Of a stretch of 64,000 bases of DNA, positions 12,410 through 25,540 are shown piece after piece. Position numbers and translations under genes: made by a program. Numbering within the stretch: position 1 is the first letter of the stretch; each line of letters starts with the position of its first letter. The notes beneath the pieces are model-generated. The model worked only from the letters and a program-made list of their open reading frames with translations, was not told where the DNA came from and did no database searches. Source of the stretch: Epiperipatus broadwayi (Eukaryota > Animalia > Onychophora). The stretch is from contig JAQFVV010000009.1 in NCBI GenBank assembly GCA_028023455.1, forward strand, positions 3,162,001 to 3,226,000, in the 5' to 3' direction.

Positions 12410-14667
12410 GAAATTTTTGTTTAATTTTAATTGATAATTATGCTAATAACATATTGTATTTTTTATTACATGCTACCAGGATAAGATTAATTCTTATCAA
12501 TTACATAAATAGTGTTTCTTCAGAATAATATAGCATATGTTTTTCAGATTTTGCAAAAATACTCATTCAATATTGTAATGACAAAATACTCCATTTCATT
12601 GCAAACATCCTCTTTGTCTTTATTAAACAACTTTCCCAAGCATTATATCTTTTTCAAATGAATTAATTAAAAAATTACAATTTTATGTTCAAGTGATAGC
12701 TCAGGTCTGATCTGAATGAATATTTAATTATTTTTCTTGCTACAAAAGAATTTTCAAGTCTTCCAAAACTGTAATCAAAAATATCACTAGCATTCTTATC
12801 TTTATTGTGTTCAATATTCTTATACATAGACATGCACAGTAAATATAACAGGAATTTCTGATAGTTTTTAAAAATATGTCCAAATATTTTTCCCTAATTT
12901 TTATTGCACTGTTAGTCTACAATAACTTTATTGACTATTAGATATTTTGTTATTGATGAATAATCCAAAGTGACAAAAACTTAATAACTTCTATGACTTC
13001 ATTATTAATTTTGAAGTCAATTGTTGATTTTGTTGTATCCCATCTGTTAAATTTGTTATCTAACTTTCCTCATAAGAATTTACAATCATCAATATTTCCA
13101 GCCATGAATGTGACACCATCAGCATATTTTGTGTTGTTTTTCAACAATCCTGAGTATACATTTATCCAATTTAAATTTATTCATTAAGGATTTTATATAA
13201 AATTTAAAAAAGTCATAATTTATAGGCTTGCCTAACACTTTTCACCAATAGAAAATGAGTCTACATGTAATTATACTACTTTAATTTACTTTACCATTAT
13301 TCATTCTATGTCAAATTTTTAATTATAAATAAACTTGTTCTAGCAATATTAATAACACTTGAATTTTGTCCATATTTAGACTTTATTTACATTTTCTAAA
13401 CAATTGGACTTTTAACATGGTTTTATTGATTTCTATTTTTACTATTTATAGAAATCTATTTTATTTAATATTAAATATATTAAATTTATTAAGCACAAAC
13501 AGATGATATAATAATAATGTGAAAGGCTAAAATCTTCAACAGATGCACTTTAAAAATGCTTATGTGACAGCCAATCAGATTTAATAATGACTGCACGTGG
13601 AACTGTATATATCTGTTTGTCTGATCATAAATAGTTATCTATTTATAATATAAGGTGGCAAAATGGATGTATCGTTACTACTTAAAAAGGATGCTTAATT
13701 GTTCCTGAGACATTGTTTAGATTTTCTTAAGGACAGATTGTGAATTTATATGAACTACCATTTGCTTTAGTATACTTAAGATCAATAAAAATAAGTTATG
13801 ACCCTCATATCTTAGAGATTATAATGTTGTTAGTAAAGAGTATTAAGACCAAAGGCAGGGAGTGTTAAAAAAATTAAGTTACAGATTTAAGTTGTTTTCA
13901 GTGTTGATTTTTTAATTAATTACCTACAAACTATAAATCACATTCAAGTAAAGAAAAATGCAAGAATTGACTGATATTAAAAGTGTCATTGTTAGAGATT
14001 GTGAAATTAGGGATTGTGGATCTTTTCTTTTCTAAAGAGAATGAAAGAAAAACTGATTTTTTAAAAATATGTTGTTGTTTTTTTAAAATTTATTTGAAAT
14101 TATTTTTCAAAGAAATATCATTTTTATTTTTTATATCTATCATGCCCACATAAAGCATACATAAAGACACACATATTAAAAGCACAAATGGAATGAAATT
14201 TTTTATAAGTAAAATAGAATAGTAATATTGTTAAATAATTAAGTCTAAAGTGAAGCTGGGATAAACATGTTACTAAAAGCATGACAGTTGATGGAACAAT
14301 TAAAAATCTAAATCGGATCTCAAGAAATTGTAATACTTAGAAAAATTTCGCATGTTTCATGAAGTGGTATTAAAAAAGAAAATTAATGAACAGAAAATTT
14401 GGACTAAATTTGAAGAGATCTTGATCCTACAATATATTGATAATGGTTGAAATAATACTGTCTGTGTAATAAATAAACACATCTAAAAAATATGTAAAGA
14501 AATCTGAAGAGATATCATTTCAAATCATTATGCATTAAGATTTCTTCAGATTTATATAGATATATCACAAAAACTATTGATTCATTTTCCATAGCATTAA
14601 TCCTTCCTGGAAATAATGCATAAAGTGTATGCTTCCCTTTTATTAAAATTTAGTTTAAATATTCTAT

Positions 14668-15297
14668 TTAGAAAGTAATAAACCTTCCTCACTAGCATTG
14701 TACATAATATTAAATCAGTTATGTTAAATATGAGGATATTCTTCCAGTCACAAGATAAAGACTTTGAGAAAATAAGAATAACCATCTTATTTTCAAACCT
14801 AAATGCACTTACATAGGCAAATATTAAGTGTCTTGAAGTGAGATCGTAAATACTGTATATTAAATCATTCACTTTACATCCATTTCTTTTAATAATCTTA
14901 TTAACACTTATGAAATATAATAATTTATTTTGTGCTAATATAGATGTTAAACTATGTAATAGTCACTGAATTTTACTACTGCAGTGTCAGATTGTAATTC
15001 TATTTAAAAGGTAAATAAATCTTCACTCATGCTGTACATAATATTAAATTAGTGATGATAAATAGATGAAAAATGATTTAATATATTCATACTCATTTTA
15101 AGACACTTAAGATTGGCCTATGTAAGTGCATTTAGGCTTGGAAATAAGATGGTTATTCTTATTTTCTCACAGTCTTTATCTTGTGGCTGGAACAGAAGTA
15201 TCTTCACGTTTAACATCACTGATTTAATATGTGCTAATAAGGAAGATTTATTACCTTCTAAATAAAATTATAATCTGACATTATGCTAGTAAAATTT
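14668..15297. repeat. Three-part inverted repeat (two arms one way, one arm reversed)
   Basis: 14668-14851 is the reverse complement of 15091-15263; 14969-15062 is a second partial copy complementary to ~15205-15297. Confidence 0.8.
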
Positions 15298-17096
15298 ATT
15301 GATTATTACTAAGTTTAAATATCTTTTTTAAAATAATGTTTGTTTTGGTTTTTTCGAATTTTGAGAAAAAAGTTCAAATTATCTCCAGGATGTAGACAAT
15401 CATAATCTTTTGAGCTGAATAATTGTATAACTCAATGTAAGAAGTTTTTGGTAAAAATTAAATAGAAAACTAAAATTAAACATATATATATAGGAAGTTT
15501 TTATATAATACTTATTGTATGACTGCATCATTTAAACAGAATACTATTTTTGAGGTATAAAAAACTTAAAACAGCCTAATCTGTTAATTTCCATCATACA
15601 CATTAAATACTAACAATTTTTTTATTGGCTTTTTGTTTAACCAAAAATAGATACATCATATGATTTTATATTTAAATTAATTGTAGATGATTGAAAAATA
15701 ATTAATTATAGAAAAATCAAAACATTTTTTGACTGAAGACAAACTATTTTAAAATTATTTCTTTAGAATATATTAAATTAAAAATCAAAAAAGATGATTA
15801 TGTGACTTTGCAACATATACATACCTTTTTATATATGCAAAAACAAGTTTTGGAAATAGATCGAATATTAATTTCTATTAAATAAAATATATGTATATGG
15901 AAAAGAATTTCTTCTTTTAATTCTAAAATATGTTTTTTGTTCATTTGTTTTTGAGAGAAAACATCACAAATTAATGATAATTTTATATTTTTTTATGATA
16001 GGACAAAAAATATTTAATTAAATTCGAAGTCAGTACTGGTTGAGAAATTACCAAAACATTTTTATTTAAATAAATCTCCAATTCCTTTCTCATTTCACAC
16101 CAAATTTTAATATGTAATTTTAAACAATTTAATTTCTTTTTAAGAATAAAATGATTCAACTCAAAACCAAGACTATTCAAGATAACATGGAAAAATTTAT
16201 TGGTTTCTTAACTTTTATTTATAATATTTTATATAAATACATATAACTTCAACAAATTTTGTTGATTGAAATAATATGTGATTGTGTGGTGCATATAACT
16301 TAAGCTCGTAGAAAAATAAATTTCTTAAATTTTTGAAGTTCTCAGTGAATGCACAAGGAGGTATTTATGGAAAACGCTACAACGTGGCGCTGATTGGTTC
16401 TGACAGCAAGAAGAGTCATCAGACAGAAAACTGTCAATAGAAGCAGCCCACATGCTTTCTTAGAAAAAGCTTATTTTTATTATGGTATTTTTTTTAAAAT
16501 ACAAATATTTAGATTCTATGTTTTTTTTTATTTACACACGTAGGCCTGTATTTATGGCTTAATGGCCTATGAGATATGTTGCAAGAAAGAATAAAGAAAA
16601 ACAATGGCAGGCTAATGAGTGAAATCACAAAAATATGAATGAAGAAACAAACTAGATTAAAATGAACAAATTATTTCTAATTACATTTGCTCATTTACAA
16701 AGTGCTGCAACATCAGTCTTTTTTACAATATTATCCACCTAATCAAAGCATTCAATGTTTATAATAAAAAAAGGTCCATATTTCTACATTTTCTACCCAA
16801 TAGGCTCCTGATCCACTTTGCCAATTCTATATATATATGACAAATATCACACAGAGTTATCCCTTCAAGCGCCACGTGGCAGTAAGAGTGTGCGAGTAAC
16901 TGAAAGCTTCAATGGAAGACACTCCTCAGCCTTGAAGACTCCAAAGAAAAGTCATGGAGTGGACCAGTTTCTGGGCACTCAGTGCAGAAGAATTTTGCAG
17001 AAGGATGTTTTTCCGGCAGTCATATTTTCTATAATAGTGCTAATTTAGAACTGACATCACTATTTCACTTTTATATTCTCTGTTATTCAATCTCAT

Positions 17097-17773
17097 TTAA
17101 ATAACACTTTCACGATTATTTTTCTCATCTCCACTACCACCACTCCCCACTGAACTACTACCACAAATGTGCATTTCAATTTCTGCAAGCCGATGTTCCA
17201 CTTCCCACTGTTGTTGACTTAATTTAATACTCATGGAAGCATTTTCAGTTTCTAAGGTAACTAATCTTTCACGCAACCGCTTAATTTCAGCCACAAGAAT
17301 TTCTTGTGATGGATCACGTGGTATTGTAATAGTACTGGGAGATGGTAAGGACATGTATGGATCTTGACTAGGAAGAGTTAAATGAAAATTCATTCGAGAG
17401 TCAGTGGAAGTTGGTGAAAGTTCATAATTATTTGGTGAAGTAGGAGTTGTTTCTAGTTTAGGTGAGGTCATTGGAGACAAGATATTATAGGGTGATGCTA
17501 AACCTGGGGATTTTTTCTCAAAAGATGAATCTGTTGCATAGGAGCCCACACTAGATGTAGTGAATGACTTAGGAACATTTGACTTTGATTGCAGTAATTT
17601 GTCTTCTTCACCATTATTGGCACTAGATGTAGAAGGTGGAGGAGTACCCACATCACTGACTTTTGGGGGTGGATTTAGAGGAAGTGGGTTCCTATCTATA
17701 AAATAATTTTCTATTGGTATTTGACCTGCTGATTCTATCAATCCTGGAGTGCTGTGACTTCTACTCAGGGCAA
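17097..17773 (-). CDS. Terminal coding exon of a host gene: Ser/Pro/Thr-rich region, coiled coil, C-terminal ESVI
   Basis: Acceptor tttttAG ends at 17774. Phase-1 exon reads xALSRSHSTPGLIESAGQIP...QEILVAEIKRLRERLVTLETENASMSIKLSQQQWEVEHRLAEIEMHIC...NNRESVI*, TAA at 17097-17099. Open for ~225 codons in a genome where long open frames are rare; heptad pattern. The ORF track's TTG start is internal. Confidence 0.9.
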
Positions 17774-18959
17774 CTAAAAATATATATATATATATTCATT
17801 TTAGTAAATAAAATTTTTACAAATGTAATATATATTAATCTATCTGTCTATCTATCCATCCATCTATATTCATCTATCTATCTATAAATATATATATATA
17901 AACACTAATAAAAACACACAATTACTTCTCTATAAAGCTGCTTTAATATTTCAACTAGCAGACTGGTTTCAATCAGAAAGCACAGCAAAATGGCTATATG
18001 TAATGATATTCTTATGCAATATCTATATTACATATATATTTACATTTTATTTGGCATAAAAAAAATCCCAATGCAAAGTTGCATTATATAATAAAAAATA
18101 TTAAAAACATTAAATATAAGATGCATTTTTGTATGAACATTCTTTTCAAAGATAAATATTTTTTGCTTTTCAACTAAAAATGTACTAATATCATATCCTT
18201 AATATTTTCTCCATGTATGAAGTAATGTTATTGCATTTATAATTTTTACAAAATCATAACATTAGGCAATGTAACACTCAAAGATCCAAGACAAACAAAT
18301 AAATAAATGCATTTAATTGAAATGTAATTGTTAAAATAAAGTGATTAAAATAATACCTTAGATATAAAGTATTAAATCTATAAAAAGAATTTTAAAATTT
18401 TGATAAGGAAATATTTGGATTACTAATCAAATTATTAAAAATAATATATTGTTAGCTGTTTAGGAGATTAGTGACAAACTATTTGATCATTCAAGGGTAA
18501 AAGTTCCATTCAATTGACCAAATAGAATATTTTTACTTTACTCAACTTAAAATTAGTCCAGATATTTTAAACTTCAACCTAACATGTTTTTAAATTAATG
18601 CTAATTTCATATATTATTGTCTTTAATTAATTCATCAAGATGAAGTCAGCTTTCCATGTGGAAACTGTTTTGTATGCTAATATATACTATTTGCAGGATA
18701 GACTATTATGGTTATTTTTGTTTTAAACCATCTTGTAAAACAAGCCATTTTCATTAAAGATAGGCAAATAATATTACAATCATAATTTGGATGGATATTT
18801 TTTAAGTATTCAATGTTTATAAATCTTCCAATACAAACTGGCCCTACCCTCCTCTTTTAGACTTTTCACCACTTTACAATGTTTATAGATTTCCAATTCC
18901 CATAGTAGTCTTTGGGAATATGTATAGTTGTATTTGGGAATATGTAAATAAGTATTAAT

Positions 18960-21390
18960 CAAGTTGTCAATTTTTAAAGTAGATGGAATTAAACAGCATA
19001 GTTAATATTCATTCAGGCAAATGATGAACAGAAACAACTCCTGACATATTTTGTTTCAACAAGAGGTTTACTATTAATTTCAGAACTACTAATAATACAT
19101 GATTTTCCCATAGTCAATATTTTTACAGTTGAAAGCTGTCATGTTTCAAGATAGAACTTAAGGAAAGCCAATTGGAGAGCAATATACTGGTTATCTTGGA
19201 AAGAATATTAATATATTTTTTCTGTTTCTCTCTTTTTATGATAAGTTTAACACATTTTTAATAACAACTATCATAAAGTCTTCTTTTTATGGATATAAAA
19301 GGTAATTCATTCTAGGATGGAACAAAATAAATATTGATTTTTATAACCAATTTTTGTCTACCAATGATTCAAAAACTGCCAAAAAACTTATAAAATCACT
19401 GGATAATATCAGAAGAACAAAATGGAGATTGTAGGAAAATCAAACTTTACAAGATCTAGTCATAAGATCTGATCACGATTGCAATAACTTGGGGGAGATA
19501 AAATTATTTTTAAAAGATCTACTCCTATTGTTGCTAATAAAGTTGCTAATCTTACGTGCCAGATTTTTAAACTGAAGATTGATAGAATGAGAAAAACTGT
19601 CATTAGAGCAGAACTGCTGGATTACTTCTGAAAGGTCTATTCCTGATGCTTTTAATAAACTTGCCAATCTTATATGCCAGACTTCTAAACCCAAAACTGA
19701 TAGAATTAAAAAAAGTGTTATTAGAGCAGAATTTCAGGCTTCTCTTTTACAATGTTCTTCTAATATCTATTTGATAAACTTGAATGTGATTTATATTGTC
19801 TTAAGTCAGGAGATACTCCAGGAAAAAATAATTTTGAGACTTAAAATAAAAGCATGATTGGCAAAACTATTCAATAACATTATTAACACAAAAACTATTC
19901 AAAAAATTTGGTATAAAAGCAAACTATATCAGTTTTAAAACCAAATAAACCTAGAAATGATTCAAAAAAGTTATCCCCCAGTGTCAGTATTATATATTCC
20001 CTATAAGCTTTTTGAAAGAATTATATTAACCAAAATACTACTAATAGTTGAAATCCATGTATCCATAAAGCAGTCTAAATTTGAATCATGAAAAGGCTTT
20101 CAAAATAAATTAAAAACTAGTGCAACTTTATTGATCTAATCTTGGCTTATGATTCTGTTTAGAAAAATTGTCTTCTAAAAATTTCTAAAATTTTTCAATG
20201 CAAGAAAACCATTAATTTTCTTGACAAAATTCCTTCCAATAGAAAAATTTAAGTGATATTAAATAATAATCACAGTAGATGCAAAATTTTACAGAATAAT
20301 CTTTTTAATGTTCTATTCTCTCACTTATTTAAAATACATTCACCAATGATCTTTCAAAAACAGAGTGCATAAAACTCATTTGAGCTGATAGTATTGCTTT
20401 AATCACCCAAATAAGATCATTTCTGAAAAAAATTGTCTCTCAATAAGAATTTGAAAAATTGGAAATATTTTTCAAAAATAGGGTCTTTTTCTGAATCCAA
20501 TAAAAACAAACAATATACTCTTTTTTTGTTTAAACAACAGGGAATTATCTTGTAATCTGAATTAATAATAGACTGAAACATAATCCTATATTGTGGTATT
20601 TAGGGTAATCTTGGATCATAATCTGATCTATTTTCTTCATTCAACTAAAATGAGATCAAAATTGATTTCTAGGAATAGTCACCTTGAAAAGCTAGATGGC
20701 ACTATTTGGGGTTGTGAAACAAATGCTTTTAAGGACAGTTTCTTTAACACTAGCATATTCTTCTGGTAAATACTGTGCCTCTTTAGAACAAAAGTTCCCA
20801 CACTAAATCTCTGAATAAACAATTAAATATTACTATGAGAAATATTGGTGAACTCAAGATTCTTTTGTAGTGGCTTGTTTTTTCACATATTACTTCACTA
20901 GATATCATAAAAGAAATTTATATATATATATATTAAGCAGATCAGACTGGTCAATAATCCAATATCTATTTTCATCACCTACGATTCATCTCAAATCAAG
21001 ATTCCCCTTTCAGATATAAAACAAAGAAACTACACTGGAAGAATTGTGGCATAAGAAATGGAATTCTTGTGATGTTCAACAAATTTCTATTTGCAGATTC
21101 AACAATAAATCCACCTTGATTTGATGTTTTTACATGTAACTCAACTTTCATAAACAGATTCAGGACATTCTAGAATGGTTGTGCTCATCTGTTTCATAAA
21201 TGGAATTTATCATCCACTTATCTATTTAAATGCAAGCAAATACAAACTGTGAACCACATAGTTAATGATTGCCAAATCTATGGCTATAGGGACAGAAGTA
21301 AATGACTTAATAAAATCAGTGATTTTATCTCCTGGTTGAAATGTTGATTTCTTTATGATTTTTGTTAATAGTTATGCTATTAAAATATCC
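18960..21390 (+). mobile_element. Decayed I-group (Vingi/Ingi-like) LINE
   Basis: Remnant motifs in order: DFPHSQ, R*NLRKANW, LKPNKPRNDSKSYPPVSVLYIPYKLFERIIL, FIDLILAYDSV, I*ADSIA, and C-terminal zinc-knuckle-like KCKQIQTVNHIVNDC. Contains an internal ~120-bp tandem duplication (19548-19740). Confidence 0.75.
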
Positions 21391-24300
21391 ACATATTAAA
21401 TAAATATGTTAAATCTTTCTTAAATACAGCTTTAATAAATACATATGCTCAAATAATTAGCTAAACGTAGATTAAATTAAAGTTTGATTGCCAGTGGAGT
21501 CTCATTGTAAATGAGGATTGTTAGTGAAAGTAAAATGATATGTCAGAAATAATTAGTTTAAAATTTCTATTCTAAAGTTTTTATTATGCTTAGCAAAATT
21601 AAAAAAAAAGTATTGTAAAATAAGTTCAATGCAAGTGCTAAATGGAGAAAATAGGCATGTTTTAATACCATAAAATAATAATTTAAATTACTCAAAAATT
21701 CTTAAGAAGTTCAAGCAATGGCAGTGCTAAAGACGATGGACCTTGAGTCCAAAGTCCACCACACTACCACTTTACTAAACTATGTAATGTGAAGATAAAC
21801 TTAGAATTGAAATGCAAGATGGGCAAAAGTTCTCCACATTCTAAAACATATTTTTTTAAAAAGTTATCAATAGAAATATATATGCAATATATAAATGATA
21901 TTTTTTTGTTTAAAAAACATCAACAAAACATTCTGTCATATATACAATTGTAGCCATTGTGTGAATTTTCTTACCATCATTTTCATCAATTTTCTATGGT
22001 GTTTTGTTTTACCAGTGCCTGAAAATATGCTTGATCTTTCATATACTACTAATATCTGTGAGATTTTTTAAAAAGTGGCCCAAATGTTTTTGTACTTGGA
22101 GAACAGATCTTTTATTAAAAATCCTTCTGTTAAGACATTAGTTTAATTTTTTTTTAAAAAAGAGTACATTTTTTGTCACGAATGTCATTACTCTCTCAGT
22201 TGCACAATCATGGGGCTCTTTTTGAAATAAAACAAAAACAAAGGCACTAACAAAATCTGCAGATATATGTTTAAAATAAGATTTTATAATACATAATATC
22301 AAATTTGGGTTCATTTTATACACATAAATCTATCCTATTGTTCAAGCTAAATCTGTTAAAATTTCAAATATATTAAGATTTTGAACACAAAATAACATCT
22401 ATGCATATATATGATACTAGACCAGCGATTATATATTTTAAATATGTAAATTAATTAAAGATAGTCTTGATTTTTAATAAAAAAAAATGTATACCAAAAC
22501 AAAGTATCAAATGATTTCTCTAAATTACATCTACATTAGCTCTATAATCAAACATAAGTAATCATTTAATAAACAGTGAATACTAAATAGAAGTGCAAGT
22601 AGATTTTCATAATTGGCTTCTACATCAAGGTCTTCTTTCACTAATCAGTTTTTTTTCATTTTTTTATTATTAAAGTTTTAATAGCCTGAAATTTTCAACC
22701 ATCCTAAGACTAGCACAAACCCTAAATTGCTTGTATAACTAAAATTTATTTTAAGATATCTACTTTGGGACTAAAGCAAACCAATTTTTCTATTTAGTTA
22801 TAAAAATGTGAGACTTAAGTGTCACAATAAAGAACAATTACTAAAAGACTAATTAGTTAGAAAGCAATCATTCACATTGTTATCTAGTCATTGAATGTTA
22901 AAAGTTTTATGTAGACTTGGTTATAGAATAGAGAAAGAGCATTTTCTATTATTTTAATGCAGATACAGAGAAAATCATGTGACAAATTATACTTGTTTCC
23001 TGAATAAAGATGGTTTTGTTCAGAATAAAGATATGTATGACTAATCGATTAATAAATTTTAGACAAAAAAGATATATATTTAGAGATTCATATATATATA
23101 TTGGTAACTTTGGTGCTATAAATAGTCAATATTTAAAAGAAAATATCTTTTACAAACAGATTTATTATATATAGATCTAATAAGCTGTTGAGTTAAATGA
23201 AACAATTAAGCAAATGAGAACTTCTGGATTTTAACAAATCTTGTTAAAAAAGAAAAGAAAGAAAAAAGCTATTTTTGACTTGACAAATTTATTAAAATTA
23301 ATAAATTCAACGATATAAAATAAAACAGAATTAAACCAAGCACTGGATTTAATGCACCCCCTTCCCCATCTTCTAGCTATGGACTAAATATATGAGAGGA
23401 AAAATATGGATTTAGTTTGGAACCTCAAAAATGTACATGATTTGTTCAGATCAACTGTAAATGCCAGGTAACAGGCAAGACAGGAAGATGTATAATTATT
23501 ATCCACAAAACTTTGTTTTAAGATATAAATATTATTAAGGTGCATCAAACAGGACTAAAGTAATAAATATTTGATTCTAAAATAGCAATTCTCATAGGCA
23601 ATGAATTATCAACATACATCAAGATCTAAACAATGTCAAATTTCACATTAATTTAAAAAATATAAGTATTTGTTTATGTACTTCTGGCAACATTATTTAA
23701 CATATATTTTAATTTCATTCTAATAATAAATATCTCAGTAATGTTTATGATGTAAAGTGTGTTAAATGGATGGCAAGCAATGACTAACTATCATACATAA
23801 TTATTTCTTATCACTTTCATACAGCGATGAATTTACATATGTACAATGATATCTGAACTTTCATTTTTTAAAAAATAAATTTTGGTGGAGAATAAATGAA
23901 AAGTTTATTGATTTAAAAAAAAGTTTGTGGATCAGCATAAGTTAAAAAAACCATGAAATGTTATTTAAAAATAAAATTTTAGGCTGAATAATCAATTTTA
24001 GTTGACTCTAGAATTTTTTCTTTTTGGAAAAAAAAGAAGAAAGATCTGCTTTGAAATTATTGGGTAAAAGTATAAGATAAAGATTATAATGCAAATTATA
24101 GTATGAAATATATAAATAAAAAGTTTTTAAATATTCTACAACAGAGCTAAATGCCATTAGAAGCTCTTTTGAAAGAATAGAAAAAAGACCTTACTGTTGC
24201 CAATAGATGCTTGTGCTGTTGAGCATTTTTCTATCTTGTTTTACTTTCTGTTGTGAATGGTCAGATACTTATTAACCAACCAATGTTGAATGGCAGTATG

Positions 24301-24422
24301 GGCCAGTTACCTAAAAAAAGTCTTAATCCTGATTGGATTCAAACCTAAGTCATTAGTATAATATATAGATGTGCTTTCTCCATAGCTCTACCTTTTTTAA
24401 TAAAAACCAAGGTCATCTAATA

Positions 24423-24530
24423 CCCTGCATGGTTTGGTGCTGTTGGTAGAGTGTTCGACTTGGGATCAGGAAGTTTCAGGATTGATTCTGATGCTTGCAA
24501 ATTAGATGCTTAAACTTTTTATGAATTCCT
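24423..24530 (+). mobile_element. Old tRNA-headed SINE-like repeat, copy 1
   Basis: ccctgcatgg...tggtagagtgttcgact...ttatgaattcct shares start, A-box-like segment and end with 43362-43467. Confidence 0.4.
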
Positions 24531-25169
24531 AAGCTATAAAACCGTGTGTTTTTTGATGCCATCTAATGTCTTTGAATTGCTCAAACTTACAATAAATGAT
24601 TTTAGCACAGAATAAAATTAATTGTTTTTGGAAACATGTGGATAAGTATATGAGAGGAGTATTGTGATATAAATCTTTTTTGTTGTTGTTTTAATTATTT
24701 ATTTATATCTTTCAGTCTACTCTAAGCACATTTATCTATCAAATCAAGAAACCAAAACATTCTTTTCTCAATAATTTCTTGTTTTATCTTGTGCCTTTTG
24801 CAACCAATCTTATATTTTTAAAACTAATTTATTATTAAAACTATTTTTTTTAAAAATAATATAATACTTTTACTTTCTTGAATAAAAGCAATAGCTAGAA
24901 AAGTCAACATCATTATTAGCATTCAATAATAAATAAGTATAATTATTCTAAATCTGGGAGAAGGGCAACAATAGAGAGAAAGCAAATGATAAAGATTTAT
25001 GATAAATTTGGAATGACTACAGAAACCGATCTTTAAAGTACAAACATTTACATATATCAACATAAAACCCCCAAAGTTTGTTTATTTAACATCAAATCTG
25101 TTTATTTAAAATCTTCTTGTGCTTTAACTTCTTTTGCAACAAATTTTTTTTTTCTGAAAGACTTCAATA

Positions 25170-25540
25170 TATTGTCTAAGGTAGTTCCCATTGTATTTTA
25201 TCTTCAACAATATTCTCAACTAAAAATAGCATTGAGATAAACTTTATAATGTAATTAAGATATTCTTCCATGAAGAAACCGTGTTCAGTTTTATTATATA
25301 TTTTTTTAGAAAGTCTGTAATCATTCCTTGTTCATTTAACATGATCAATTCAACTGAGATTTTCCCTTACAGTAATAGATTCAATATAATTACAACCCAT
25401 AACAATGAAAATATTGATCAGTTTTATGAACTTTCCATCATATTTTCAAAATCTTACAGAGCATCCTTAACATTTTTTTTTAATCAGTGCTTTTTGTTAA
25501 AATGATATGGGTTCCATGTCTCACTTTCACAAAACAAATT
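25170..25540 (-). mobile_element. RTE-type LINE 3' fragment
   Basis: Minus strand gives CESETW and QLN*IDHVK*T..YRLSKKIY-like remnants matching the RTE C-terminal pattern (YGSETW...QLRWxGHVxRM..RLPK). Confidence 0.5.

Noticed and set aside
16818-17048. 76-aa plus-strand ORF
   Set aside because: Starts at TTG, overlaps the presumed 3' UTR of the minus-strand gene, no motif.
17097-17773. Assigning a gene symbol to the host exon
   Set aside because: I do not recognise the sequence well enough; needs a homology search.
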